This document shows positions 28,120 to 37,850 of a stretch of 64,000 bases of DNA, in pieces. The position numbers and the translations under genes are program-made. Location: the NCBI GenBank assembly GCA_002363385.1, contig DEVL01000004.1, forward strand, positions 155,630 through 219,629, written 5' to 3'. The notes beneath the pieces were generated by a model, which was not told the DNA's origin, searched no databases, and saw nothing but the letters and a program-made list of their open reading frames with translations. Each line of letters opens with the position of its first letter. The first letter of the stretch is position 1. This DNA is from Stenotrophomonas maltophilia. GTDB lineage: Bacteria; Pseudomonadota; Gammaproteobacteria; Xanthomonadales; Xanthomonadaceae.

Positions 28120-29344
28120 TGCAATGACCGATACCCTGATTGACGCCGGCGACACGTTGTTCGCTGGCCAGCCCGTCCGCATCGTCGAACGCGATGGCGT
28201 GCGCTACACCCTGCTGGGCACCGCGCACGTCTCGCAGGCCAGCGTGGAAGCGGTGGAACGTGCGATCGAAAGTGGCCGCTTCGATGCGATCGCGGTCGAG
28301 CTGGACGCGCAGCGCCTGCAGGCACTGACCGATCCGGATGCGCTGGCCAAGCTCGACCTGGTCGAAGTGATCCGCAAGGGCCGCGTGGCCCTGTTCGCTG
28401 CCAACCTGGCGTTGGCCGCCTACCAGCGCCGCCTGGCCGAACAGCTCGAAATCGAGCCGGGTGCCGAACTCAAGCGCGCGGTCACCCTGGCCAACGAACG
28501 CAACCTGCCCGTGCATCTGATCGACCGCGAGGTTGGCCTGACCTTCCGGCGTGCCTCGCAGCGCCTGGGCTTCTTCGGCAAGATCAAGCTGGTGATGGGC
28601 CTGGGCGCCGGCCTGTTCGCTTCGGAAGAAGTCGGCGAAGACGAGATCGAAAAGCTCAAGCAGGGCGACATGCTCGAAGCCAGCTTCGGCGAGTTCGCCA
28701 GCGAGAGCCCTGCCCTGTACGAAACCATCATCGGCGAGCGCGACCGATACATGGCTACGCGCCTGCGTGAAGTGCACGACCCGGCCCAGCGCGAAGTGCT
28801 GGCCGTGGTCGGTGCCGGTCATCTGGCCGGTCTGGCCAGGTACCTGGAAACCGACACCGACGCGCCGGGCCCGCTGCGCGAGTCGCTGGAAGACGTGCCG
28901 AAGAAGCGCAACATCCCGTGGATCACGCTGGCGATCCTGGCCATCGTGCTGACCGGTATCGGCGTGGGCTTCTATCGCGGTGGCCTGGGTGTCGGCAGTG
29001 AGCTGCTGGCGGTCTGGGCGATGTACACCGGCGGTCTGGCCGGCCTGGGCTGCCTGTTGGCGGGCAGCCACCCGCTGAGCATCCTGACCGCGATCGTGGT
29101 CGCGCCGTTCAAGCCGTTCCGGCTGAGCATCCCGACCGGTGCATTCTCGGCCCTGGTGGAAGCGCGCCTGCGCAAGCCGGCCTACGAAGACTTCCTGAAG
29201 CTGCGCGACGACGCGCAGAGCGTCAAGGGCTGGTACCGCAACCGGGTGACCCGCGTGGTGCTGACCTTCATGCTCACCAACCTGGGCAGCATGCTCGGGT
29301 TGTGGCTGACCGGGTTCCAGGTGTGGGGCAAGGTCGCGGGGTGA
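28112..29344 (+). CDS. TraB/GumN-family protein, the pheromone-shutdown-type TraB determinant (410 aa)
   Basis: LLGTAHVSQASVEAV and VVGAGHLAGL are present, followed by C-terminal TM segments. The start at ATG 28112 overlaps the GNAT stop by 8 nt. ATG 28124 is an alternative. Confidence 0.7.
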   Translation: MNDAMTDTLIDAGDTLFAGQPVRIVERDGVRYTLLGTAHVSQASVEAVERAIESGRFDAIAVELDAQRLQALTDPDALAKLDLVEVIRKGRVALFAANLALAAYQRRLAEQLEIEPGAELKRAVTLANERNLPVHLIDREVGLTFRRASQRLGFFGKIKLVMGLGAGLFASEEVGEDEIEKLKQGDMLEASFGEFASESPALYETIIGERDRYMATRLREVHDPAQREVLAVVGAGHLAGLARYLETDTDAPGPLRESLEDVPKKRNIPWITLAILAIVLTGIGVGFYRGGLGVGSELLAVWAMYTGGLAGLGCLLAGSHPLSILTAIVVAPFKPFRLSIPTGAFSALVEARLRKPAYEDFLKLRDDAQSVKGWYRNRVTRVVLTFMLTNLGSMLGLWLTGFQVWGKVAG

Positions 29345-29369
29345 TTCCCGCGCCGGCTGTGAATCGAAA

Positions 29370-29394
29370 GGCCACGCAATGCGTGGCCTTTTTT
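29370..29394 (+). terminator. Rho-independent terminator after the TraB-family gene
   Basis: GGCCACGC-aat-GCGTGGCC is followed by TTTTTT. Confidence 0.8.
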
Positions 29395-29413
29395 GTGCCC
29401 ATGGGCGCCGCGG

Positions 29414-29453
29414 GTAGTGCCGCCCCACGTGCAGATCCACGCCCTGCGTGGAT
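29414..29453. repeat. Composite REP: a GTAG head plus GCAGATCCACGCCCTGCGTGGAT, of the same family as 3388-3410
   Basis: The ATCCACGC..GCGTGGAT palindrome is shared with the 3338-3457 cluster. Confidence 0.65.
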
Positions 29454-29461
29454 GCGGTTCG

Positions 29462-29494
29462 CAAAAAAAGGGAGGCCCGCCCAACGGGCCTCCC
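29462..29494 (-). terminator. Rho-independent terminator of the RND operon
   Basis: On the minus strand, GGGAGGCCCG-ttggg-CGGGCCTCCC is followed by TTTTTTT. It lies 8 nt after the RND stop. Confidence 0.85.
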
Positions 29495-29501
29495 CGCACC
29501 C

Positions 29502-32500
29502 TCAAATCGATTCCGCGCCCGGCTCGACTACCGGGGCAGCCACGCCTCGGCCACGCGCACGCTGGATGATCCGCGACACCGCCGTGCTCATGTCATCCAG
29601 CATGGCGTAGATGGTCGGCAGGAACAGCAGGCTGACCACCGTGGAGAACGCCAAGCCGCCGGCGATGGCGCGGGCCATCGGGTAGTACGGCGGCCCGTTG
29701 CCCAGCAGCTGGGTATCGGTCATCGAGATCGGGATCATCGCCAGGATCGCGGTGCCCATCGTCATCATGATCGGGCGCAGGCGCTCGCGTGAACCCTCCA
29801 CCAGCGCCTGGGTCCGCCCCATGCCGCGGCGGCGCAGGTTGTTGATGTGCTCGATCATCACGATGCCGTTGTTCACCACCACGCCCATCAACACCAGGAT
29901 GCCGATGAAGGACATGATCCCGAACGAGGTGCCGGTGATCCAGAACAGCCAGAACACCCCAAAGATCGAGAACAGCACGCCGCTCATGATCGCCGCCGGG
30001 AACAGCAGCGATTCGAACACCGCCGCCATCACCACGTAGATCATCACCAGCGCGATCACCAGATTGAACATCATCTGCGACATCGCCTTGTCGTCGTCGC
30101 CGTAGTCACCGCCGTCGAAGCTGAAGGTGTAGCCGGCCGGGAAGCTCATCGGCTTGAGCATCTCTTCCATCGCCTTGCGCCCTTCCGGCACGGTCACCTT
30201 CTCGGCCAGATTGGCCTTGATGGTCAACGTCGTCTGGCGGTTGGTGCGACCGATCTGCGTGGCCGAGGGTTTGATCGCCACATCGACCAGGCTCAGCAGC
30301 GGCACCGAACGACCGTCGCCGGTACGCACGGTGTAACTGGCCAGATCTTCCGGGCTGCTCTGCTCGGCACCGGCAAAGCGCACCCAGACCGGCACTTCGC
30401 TGTCGCCGCGGCGGAACTCGCGCAGCGGCGCACCACGCAGGGCCAGGCCGACGAAGCTGGCGACCTGCTCGGCATTGAAGCCGAACGCAGCGGCGCGCTC
30501 GCGGTCGACGTGGATGGACAGCTCGCTGCCCTTCTCACCATTGTCGATGCGCACATCGCGGAGTTCCTTGCGCTGGGCCAGCAACGGCACGACTTCCTCG
30601 CCGATCTCCTGCAACATCTTGGTCGAGTCGCCGACCAGCTGAACCTGCACCTGGTTGTTGCCGCCGCCCCCACCTTCGCCCGAGTTGCCCACCACGTAAT
30701 CGGCACGCGCCGAGCGGGGCAGCCCCTTTCGCAGTGCTTCCTGCACGGCCGGCATGTTCTTGGCATGCTCGGTATCGAAGGTCACGATCGTGCTGCTGCC
30801 TTCCTGCTCGCTGTACCAGGAATACACCTGCGTGATGTGCAGGGCCTGGCGGTTGTCGTCCAGGTAGCGCTCCACGCGCGCCACTTCCTCGGACATCTGG
30901 CCGAAGGTGTACGCCCCCTTCCAGTTGTAGCCGATGAACACCTCGTGGCCGCCCTCGCCACCGAACATGTCGATCTTGGTGAGCTTCATCGGCACCAGGC
31001 TGATCAGCACCACCATCAGGATGCCGAACACGCTCCAGCCACGGTGCTCCAGCGTCCACTGCAGGACCTTGGCATAGCGGCGCTGCAGGCGGGCGATCAC
31101 GCCCGTCTCCGAATGCACCAGCTTGGGCGTCTGCATGCGCGCGGACAGCATCGGGATCAGGCTCACCGCGACCAGCCAGGAGGCCAGCAGCGAGACCGAG
31201 ATCGTGATCGCGATCTGCGCCATGAAGATGCTGATGTTGTTGGTCTCACCGAACAGGTTCGGCACGAACACGATGCAGTGGCACAGGGTGCCGGCGCTCA
31301 ACGCGATGGCCACGTTGCGGGTGCCGATGATCGAGGCCAGCCGCGGCTGGTCGGGCATGCGCTCGCGTTCCTGGTAGATGCTCTCCACCACCACCACGGC
31401 GTTGTCCACCAGCATGCCGACCGCCAGCAGCAGGCCCATCATGGTCAGGATGTTGAGGGTGACGCCGGCGAAGTACATGAAGCCCAGCGTGATCACGAAA
31501 CAGATCGGGATCGCCAGGGTCACCATCAGCGTGGACGGCCAGTGCCGCAGGAAGAAGAACAGCACCGTGACCGACAACAGCAGGCCCACCGCACCGGCTT
31601 CGGCCAGCTCCAGCAGCGAGGACGTCACCATCTTGCCCTGGTTGTCGATCACCTTGATCTGCACATCGCGCATCGAGGGCTGCTTGCGGATCGCCTCGAC
31701 CTCGGCCAGCGCGGCACGCGAGACCTCGACCAGGTTGGCGCTGCGCTCCTTGAAGATGTCCAGACCCACGGCCGGGTTGCCGTCCAGGCGGCGACCGTAG
31801 TTCATGCGGGTGGGCTTGAGCCGGATCTCGGCGATGTCACCCAGGCGCAGGCCCTTCGTATCGATCACCAGGTCGCGCAGTTCCTGCAGATCGGTGATCT
31901 CGCCCACCGGCTGGATCCGCACGCGCTGGCCGTTGTCGTCGATCTGCCCGGCCGAGATCGAGAAGTTCAGCGTGCGCAGGCGGTCGCTGAGCTCGTTGAT
32001 GCTCAGGTTGTGCGCGGTCAACCGGTCCGGGCTGATCGCGATCTCCACTTCGTTCGGCGGCGCGCCGGAAATGTTGACCCGTGCCACACCCGGGATGCGC
32101 TCGATCCGCCGCTTGAACTCGCGGTCGAGCATGTCGTACGCGCCGGTCAGATCGGTGGCGCTGGCCAGGCGTACCTTCAGCACCGGATCGTCGCTACTGG
32201 ACCACTTGAACACGTTGTAGCGCTGCAGGTCGTCGGGCAGATCGCTGCGGATCGCATCGATGCGCTCACGGGCATCGGAGGCCGCGATGGCGATGTCGCG
32301 GTCCCAGTCGGTGAACTCGATGAAGATGCTGGCGCCTTCGGAGGTAGCCGAGGAGCGCATGCGCTTGATCCCGGTCATCGTCGCCAGCGCTTCTTCGGTC
32401 GGCCGGATGATGTTGCGCTCGACCTCCTCCGGGGTGGAGCCGGTATACGGCACCTGCACGAACAGGAACGGCGCGGAGATGTCCGGCAACGCCTCCAACG

Positions 32501-32597
32501 GCAGGCGGAACGAGGCGATCAGGCCCACCACCGCCAACGATACAAAACACATGATCGTGGTGATGGGCCGGCGGATGGAGAACTCGGCAATGCTCAT
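29502..32597 (-). CDS. RND efflux transporter permease subunit, second of two tandem RND genes (1031 aa)
   Basis: It has the AcrB/MdtC-type architecture: an N-terminal TM segment (RRPITTIMCFVSLAVVGLIA), two large periplasmic loops and 12 TM segments. The start ATG overlaps the upstream stop (ATGA). Confidence 0.9.
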   Translation of the reverse strand: MSIAEFSIRRPITTIMCFVSLAVVGLIASFRLPLEALPDISAPFLFVQVPYTGSTPEEVERNIIRPTEEALATMTGIKRMRSSATSEGASIFIEFTDWDRDIAIAASDARERIDAIRSDLPDDLQRYNVFKWSSSDDPVLKVRLASATDLTGAYDMLDREFKRRIERIPGVARVNISGAPPNEVEIAISPDRLTAHNLSINELSDRLRTLNFSISAGQIDDNGQRVRIQPVGEITDLQELRDLVIDTKGLRLGDIAEIRLKPTRMNYGRRLDGNPAVGLDIFKERSANLVEVSRAALAEVEAIRKQPSMRDVQIKVIDNQGKMVTSSLLELAEAGAVGLLLSVTVLFFFLRHWPSTLMVTLAIPICFVITLGFMYFAGVTLNILTMMGLLLAVGMLVDNAVVVVESIYQERERMPDQPRLASIIGTRNVAIALSAGTLCHCIVFVPNLFGETNNISIFMAQIAITISVSLLASWLVAVSLIPMLSARMQTPKLVHSETGVIARLQRRYAKVLQWTLEHRGWSVFGILMVVLISLVPMKLTKIDMFGGEGGHEVFIGYNWKGAYTFGQMSEEVARVERYLDDNRQALHITQVYSWYSEQEGSSTIVTFDTEHAKNMPAVQEALRKGLPRSARADYVVGNSGEGGGGGNNQVQVQLVGDSTKMLQEIGEEVVPLLAQRKELRDVRIDNGEKGSELSIHVDRERAAAFGFNAEQVASFVGLALRGAPLREFRRGDSEVPVWVRFAGAEQSSPEDLASYTVRTGDGRSVPLLSLVDVAIKPSATQIGRTNRQTTLTIKANLAEKVTVPEGRKAMEEMLKPMSFPAGYTFSFDGGDYGDDDKAMSQMMFNLVIALVMIYVVMAAVFESLLFPAAIMSGVLFSIFGVFWLFWITGTSFGIMSFIGILVLMGVVVNNGIVMIEHINNLRRRGMGRTQALVEGSRERLRPIMMTMGTAILAMIPISMTDTQLLGNGPPYYPMARAIAGGLAFSTVVSLLFLPTIYAMLDDMSTAVSRIIQRARGRGVAAPVVEPGAESI

Positions 32598-35500
32598 GCC
32601 GGCTCCTGTGCAGCGTCAGGGTCCGTTTCGGACACGCGCGTCTTGAGGTGGCGGCCACGCTCGCGGTAGTAGGCATCGCCACGACGATCCAACAGGTCGT
32701 ACACCACCGGGATCACCACCAGCGTCAGCAGCGTGGAGACAAGCAGGCCGCCGATCACGGTGATCGCCATCGGCGCGCGCACTTCGGCGCCCTCGCCCAT
32801 CGCCACCGCCAGCGGCAGGAAGCCGAACAGCGTGCACAGCGTGGTCATGATGATCGGGCGCAGGCGGGAACGCGCGCCTTCCACCAGCGCCTCGCGCTTG
32901 GGCACACCGGCCTCGCGCAGCTGGTTGACCTTGTCAATCAGGATGATTGCGTTCTTGGTCACCAACCCCACCAGCAGGATCAATCCGATGAACACCACCA
33001 CCGAAATCGGCTTGCCGGTCAGCATCAGCGCCAGGATCGCGCCGACCAGGGCCAGCGGAATGGTGAACAGGATGACGAACGGGTGCAGCAGCGATTCGAA
33101 CTGCGAGGCCATCACCAGGTAGACCAGGAAGATCGCCAGGCCGAAGGCGAAGATCAGCGAGCGTGCCGAATCCGCCAGCTCCTCACCCTGCCCACCGATG
33201 TGCATGCCCACACCCGCACCCAGCGGCTGCTTGGCGACCATGTCCTGCACTTCGCGCACCGCGCCGCCCAGGTCGATGTCGCGCAGGTTGGCCGAGACCA
33301 CCGCCACGCGGGTCTGGTCGGCGCGATGGATCTCGCTCGGGCCGTTGGTGGCCACCACCTCGGCCACCGAATCCAGCGTCACCGGCCGGTTGCTGCCCGG
33401 ATTGACGATCAGGCGGCGGATGCTGTCCACGCTCGCCCGGTCACCTTCCTGGGCACGCACCAGCACGTCGATCTTGCGGTCGCGGAAGCTGTAGCGCGTG
33501 GCCACGTCGCCGCGCACCTTCTTGACCACCACATCGGCGATCTGCCGCGTGGTCAGGCCCAAGGCACCGGCGCGCTCCTGGTCGAAGCGGATCTGGATCT
33601 CCGGGAAGCCTTCCTCCACCGTGGATTTGACGTCGGCGTAGTGCGGGTTGTTTCGCAGCATCGCAGCCAGCGCCTTGCCCGCGGTTTCCAGCGTGGCCAT
33701 GTCCTGGCCGCGCAGTTCCACTTCCAGCGGGGTGGAGAAGCTGAAGAGCGCCGGGCGGGCGAAATCGACCTGCACGCCGGGGTGCTGCTGCATCGATTCG
33801 CGCAGACGCTCGGTGATCGCCGCTTCGGTGCGGGCGTTGCCGCCACCGGCCATGACCACGGTCAGCTTGCCGATGTTTTCGCCACTCTCGGTCGGGCTGG
33901 CATCCAGGCGGGTGCCGCTGCCACTGACGCCGTACAGCGAGGCGATGCTGTCGTCCTTGGCATGGGCCAGCTGCATCTCGCGCACCAGCGCATCGGTCTG
34001 CTTCAGCGGCGTGCCGGCCGGCAGCTTGGCAGTCATTTCAAAGCGATCCTGCGCAAGCTGCGGGATCAGATCCGCACCCAGCATCGGCACCAGGGCCATC
34101 GTGCCGACGAAGGCCAGCGCCGCCAGGCCCAGCACCTTGCCCGGGTGATGCAGCGCGCCCGGCAGCAGCTTGAGGTAGCCACGTTCGGCACCGGCGTAGG
34201 GCTTCATCGCCACATCGCTGGCCTTGCGCATCACCGGGCCGACCACGGCCACCAGGCCGCGCCAGACGCGGATCACCGACCAGGCCATCCCGAAGCAGAT
34301 CCAGCGCACCAGCGTGCCCACGCCACGACGGCTGCCGGCGACCGGCTTCAGCCAGCGGCTATCCGGCTGCCACGCCGCATGCGTGGGTTCTTCCGGGAAG
34401 GCCAGCGGCGGACGGCCCTTGAGCGAGCTCAGCATCGGGATCAGGGTCATCGAGACCAGCAGCGAGATGGCGATTGCGATCGCCACGGTCAGCGCCTGGT
34501 CGCGGAACAGCTGGCCGGCGATGCCGTCCACGAACACCAGCGGCAGGAACACCGCGATGGTGGTCAGGGTCGAGGCGACCACGGCCATGCTGACTTCGCG
34601 GGTGCCTTCAATCGCGGCCTGCAGAATGCTCAGGCCGCGCTCGCGCGCTTTGGCGATGCTCTCCAGCACCACGATGGAATCATCCACCACCAGGCCGGTA
34701 GCCAGCGCCAGGCCGCCGAGCGACATCACGTTCAAGCTCAGGCCGAGCTGGCCCATGAAGAAGAACGTGGTGATGATCGAGACCGGCAGCGACAGGCTGA
34801 TCACGAATGTGCTCCAGCCGTCGCGCAGGAACAGGAAGATGATCAGGATGGCGAGGATGCCGCCGATCACCGCGTCTTTCTTGACGTCGCTGATGGCATG
34901 TTCGATGAAGCGCGACTGGTCTTCGATCGTGGTCAGTTCGGCATCGCCGGGCACCTGGCCCTTGATCTGTTCCAGACGCGCACGCAGCGCCTCGGCCGTC
35001 GAGACCGTGTTGGCATCGCCCTCCTTGTAGATCGCCAGCTCGACCGCTTCCTTGCCGCCCAGACGGATGATCGCTTCGCGTTCCTTGTAGCCCTGGCGCA
35101 CGGTGGCGACATCTTTCAGCCGTACCGGCACACCATTGGCGATGTTGGTGGAGCTGCTGCTGGACGCGCTCTGCGCCGCCGAGGCGGCGGCGATGGCGGC
35201 ATCCGAGCCGGTCGACGCGGCGATGGCGAACATCTGCTGCATCGCTGCATCGGCGGCACTGCCGGTGCTGCTCTGGGTGGTCACCAGCAGGTTGCGGATG
35301 TCCTCCAGATCAGCGAACTGGTTGACGGTGCGCACCAGGTAACGCTGCGAGCCTTCCTCCAGACGACCGCCGGAGATGTTGATGTTCTCTTCCTTGAGCC
35401 GCTTGATGACGTTGTCGATCGGCAGGTTGAGCTGGGCCAGCTTCTGCTGGTCGATGTCGACCTGGATTTCATCCTCCAGACCGCCGCCAACCTTGACCGC

Positions 35501-36103
35501 CGCCACGCCGGTGACCGGCTCCAGTTTCTTCTTCAGGTCTTCATCGGCGTAGCGGCGCAGCTCGGTGAGCTGGCGCACGGCCTCGGCATCGCTGGACGGA
35601 TCGGTCCTGGCCGAGATCACCAGGCGCATGATCGGCTCGGTGGACGGATTGAAGCGCAGCAGCACCGGGGACTTCGCCTCCAGCGGCAGGTTCAGCGCTT
35701 CCATCTTGTCGCGCACCTCCAGGCTGGCCTGGTCCATGTTGGTGCCCCAGGCGAACTCGAGCACCACATCGCTCTGCCCGGTGCGCGAGATCGATTTGAG
35801 CTTGCGCAGGTTCTTGACCACGCCGACGGCCTCTTCGACCGGCTCGGTGATCAGGGTTTCGATTTCCGCCGGGGCCGCACCGGTGTACTCGGTGCGCACG
35901 GTCAGGGTCGGGTAGCTCAGGTCGGGCAGCAGGTTGACCTTGAGATTGCCCAGCGCGATGAAGCCGAACAGCATCAGCGTGACGGTGAACATCGCGATGG
36001 TGACGCGGCGACGGGTGGCGAATTCCACCAGGCCGCCGCCTTGGGTACCCGGGCGATCGCCCTGGTGCGGATCCTTGCCGTGGTCATTGCCGGCCGCTGT
36101 CAT
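32594..36103 (-). CDS. RND efflux transporter permease subunit, first of two tandem RND genes, unusually long at 1169 aa
   Basis: The RND fold is shown by VNLLPDLSYPTLTVRTEYTGAAPAEIE. It also has an Ala/Ser-rich insertion and an extended TM6-TM7 linker. The start ATG overlaps the MFP stop (ATGA). Confidence 0.88.
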   Translation of the reverse strand: MTAAGNDHGKDPHQGDRPGTQGGGLVEFATRRRVTIAMFTVTLMLFGFIALGNLKVNLLPDLSYPTLTVRTEYTGAAPAEIETLITEPVEEAVGVVKNLRKLKSISRTGQSDVVLEFAWGTNMDQASLEVRDKMEALNLPLEAKSPVLLRFNPSTEPIMRLVISARTDPSSDAEAVRQLTELRRYADEDLKKKLEPVTGVAAVKVGGGLEDEIQVDIDQQKLAQLNLPIDNVIKRLKEENINISGGRLEEGSQRYLVRTVNQFADLEDIRNLLVTTQSSTGSAADAAMQQMFAIAASTGSDAAIAAASAAQSASSSSSTNIANGVPVRLKDVATVRQGYKEREAIIRLGGKEAVELAIYKEGDANTVSTAEALRARLEQIKGQVPGDAELTTIEDQSRFIEHAISDVKKDAVIGGILAILIIFLFLRDGWSTFVISLSLPVSIITTFFFMGQLGLSLNVMSLGGLALATGLVVDDSIVVLESIAKARERGLSILQAAIEGTREVSMAVVASTLTTIAVFLPLVFVDGIAGQLFRDQALTVAIAIAISLLVSMTLIPMLSSLKGRPPLAFPEEPTHAAWQPDSRWLKPVAGSRRGVGTLVRWICFGMAWSVIRVWRGLVAVVGPVMRKASDVAMKPYAGAERGYLKLLPGALHHPGKVLGLAALAFVGTMALVPMLGADLIPQLAQDRFEMTAKLPAGTPLKQTDALVREMQLAHAKDDSIASLYGVSGSGTRLDASPTESGENIGKLTVVMAGGGNARTEAAITERLRESMQQHPGVQVDFARPALFSFSTPLEVELRGQDMATLETAGKALAAMLRNNPHYADVKSTVEEGFPEIQIRFDQERAGALGLTTRQIADVVVKKVRGDVATRYSFRDRKIDVLVRAQEGDRASVDSIRRLIVNPGSNRPVTLDSVAEVVATNGPSEIHRADQTRVAVVSANLRDIDLGGAVREVQDMVAKQPLGAGVGMHIGGQGEELADSARSLIFAFGLAIFLVYLVMASQFESLLHPFVILFTIPLALVGAILALMLTGKPISVVVFIGLILLVGLVTKNAIILIDKVNQLREAGVPKREALVEGARSRLRPIIMTTLCTLFGFLPLAVAMGEGAEVRAPMAITVIGGLLVSTLLTLVVIPVVYDLLDRRGDAYYRERGRHLKTRVSETDPDAAQEPA

Positions 36104-37245
36104 TGACGGCTCTCCGCCTTGGCCGGTGCCGGCGTGGCGACGGCAGTGGCGGCCGGCTTGGCACCGATCACCTGCACCGCGGTGCCGTCACGCAGCGCCA
36201 CCTTGCCGGCGGTCACCACCTGGTCACCGGCGGCCAGACCCTCGCGGATTTCCACCCACGGGCCTTCGGCATAGCCGAGCTTGACCGGCACGCGCGCGGC
36301 CTTGCCCTCGCGCACGCGGAACACCGCCGGCTCGCCATCGTCGAGCAATGCGATGCGCGGCACCACCAGGGCATCGGCGCGCTGGTCGTAGTCGATGCGG
36401 ATGCGGCCGAACATGCCCGGCTGCAGGCCGTCAGCATCTTCGCCGAACCCACTGACCACGCGGAACGTGCCGCTGCCGGCGTCGACCACCGGCGAGATGC
36501 GGTCCACCGTGCCGGGGAAGGTCTTTCCCGGCAGCGCGTCGGCGATCAGCGTCACCGGCTGACCCGGGCGCAGCGTGGCCAGCTCGCGTTCGGGCACGTT
36601 GAGCGTGGCTTCCAGGCGCGAGTTGTCGACGATGCGGAAGATCGGCGTGTTGATCTGCACGAAGTTGCCGGTCTTGATCGAGCGCGAGGCGATCACCCCC
36701 GAGATGGGTGCGATCACCGTGGTGTAGGAAAGCTCCAGCGTGGCCAGGCGGTACTGCGCGCGGGCGTTTTCCAGGTCGTACTTGATCTGGTCGACGTCCG
36801 AGGCGCTGACCATCTGCTGGCCGATCAGCTTCTGGGCGCGCTGGTAGTTGTTCTCCAGCTTGCGCATCTGCGCTTCGCTCTGGGCGACGGCCAGGCGCGC
36901 CCGGTCCGGATCCAGCCGCACCAGCGGCTGCCCGGCGCGTACCTGCTGCCCTTCCTCGACCAGCACCGCCAGCGCGACACCGGAGGTCTTGGCGACCACC
37001 TGCGACTCGCCCCTGGGCTCCAGTGCAGCCGTGCCGGTGTAGCTGGCGGCGACCGCGCGATGGCTGGCGGCGACGGCTTCGACCGGTACCGCATCGACCT
37101 TCTTCTCGGCCTTGCCGTCCTTTTCAGCGGCATTGGCTTCGGCTGGGCCGGCGCCACCGCAGCCGCTGAGCAGCAGGGTGGAAGTGATCAGCAGTGCAGC
37201 GGCGCAGCGTCCGGTGCGGCCGAGCAGGAAAGAATGTCGCGACAT
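36100..37245 (-). CDS. Efflux RND periplasmic adaptor (membrane fusion protein), a lipoprotein (381 aa)
   Basis: A lipobox is present (LLLSGC|G). The HlyD/AcrA-type lipoyl, coiled-coil and beta-barrel layout is present, with IAPISGVI. Confidence 0.88.
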   Translation of the reverse strand: MSRHSFLLGRTGRCAAALLITSTLLLSGCGGAGPAEANAAEKDGKAEKKVDAVPVEAVAASHRAVAASYTGTAALEPRGESQVVAKTSGVALAVLVEEGQQVRAGQPLVRLDPDRARLAVAQSEAQMRKLENNYQRAQKLIGQQMVSASDVDQIKYDLENARAQYRLATLELSYTTVIAPISGVIASRSIKTGNFVQINTPIFRIVDNSRLEATLNVPERELATLRPGQPVTLIADALPGKTFPGTVDRISPVVDAGSGTFRVVSGFGEDADGLQPGMFGRIRIDYDQRADALVVPRIALLDDGEPAVFRVREGKAARVPVKLGYAEGPWVEIREGLAAGDQVVTAGKVALRDGTAVQVIGAKPAATAVATPAPAKAESRQ

Positions 37246-37449
37246 CGTCGTGTCCCTAAGGATGCGTGGGCAGGTGTGGTAGCAAAGTAATGCACCACGT
37301 CACGACCACACCATATCCCAAAGGTCATGGTGACCTGCGACGATGGCTTTCCGACCCCGGTTTCAGCTAGATGAAATGGCAGGCTATACTCGGCCCAGTT
37401 CCGTACCCCACGCCGGAACGACCAGACCCGTTTATCGGAAAAGGACATC

Positions 37450-37842
37450 ATGCGCCCGCAGCCGCTCGCCGCTTGTCTCGCTCTGGCCGTCCTCCTGCCC
37501 CTCGGGGCCGCCGCACAGGCCGCAACACCCACTCCTGCAGTACCCGCCACCCCCGCTCCGGCCGCTACCGCGCCGGCGCCTGCCGCCGTCACCGGCCGGT
37601 TCGACAATGGCCGGGTCCTGGCGTACACGTGCCAGGGGTGCCACGGCATCACCGGGTACAAGAACGCCTACCCCAGCTACAAAGTGCCCAAGATCGGCGG
37701 GCAGACCCGTGAGTACCTCAGCCAGGCGCTGACCGAGTACCGCCACGGCAAGCGCAAGCATCCGACGATGCAGGCGCAGTCGATGAGTTTCAGCGAACAG
37801 GAGATCGCCGATCTCGCTGTTTACCTGTCCACCGTCAAATAA
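37450..37842 (+). CDS. Monoheme class I c-type cytochrome, resembling half of a cytochrome c4 (130 aa)
   Basis: It has a signal peptide, a Pro/Ala/Thr-rich linker, the heme motif CQGCH, and a distal Met in HPTMQ. Confidence 0.82.
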   Translation: MRPQPLAACLALAVLLPLGAAAQAATPTPAVPATPAPAATAPAPAAVTGRFDNGRVLAYTCQGCHGITGYKNAYPSYKVPKIGGQTREYLSQALTEYRHGKRKHPTMQAQSMSFSEQEIADLAVYLSTVK

Positions 37843-37850
37843 GCGCGCTC

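Noticed and set aside
28112-29344. The TraB-family gene as a marker of a conjugative or mobile element
   Set aside because: This is the TraB/GumN (pheromone-shutdown-type) family and not a conjugative coupling or pore protein. No integrase, relaxase, T4SS genes or flanking direct repeats are nearby, and there is no visible change in composition.
29847-36106. Plus-strand ORFs of 940 aa and 1152 aa opposite the two RND permease genes
   Set aside because: They are mirror-frame artefacts of the RND genes. Their translations are His/Arg/Gly/Asp-rich with no TM segments or motifs.
29502-37245. Naming the MFP-RND-RND operon as smeIJK or mdtABC
   Set aside because: The architecture matches those systems. 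Without an alignment I cannot establish orthology, and the 1169-aa permease is atypically long. Gene symbols were therefore left blank.
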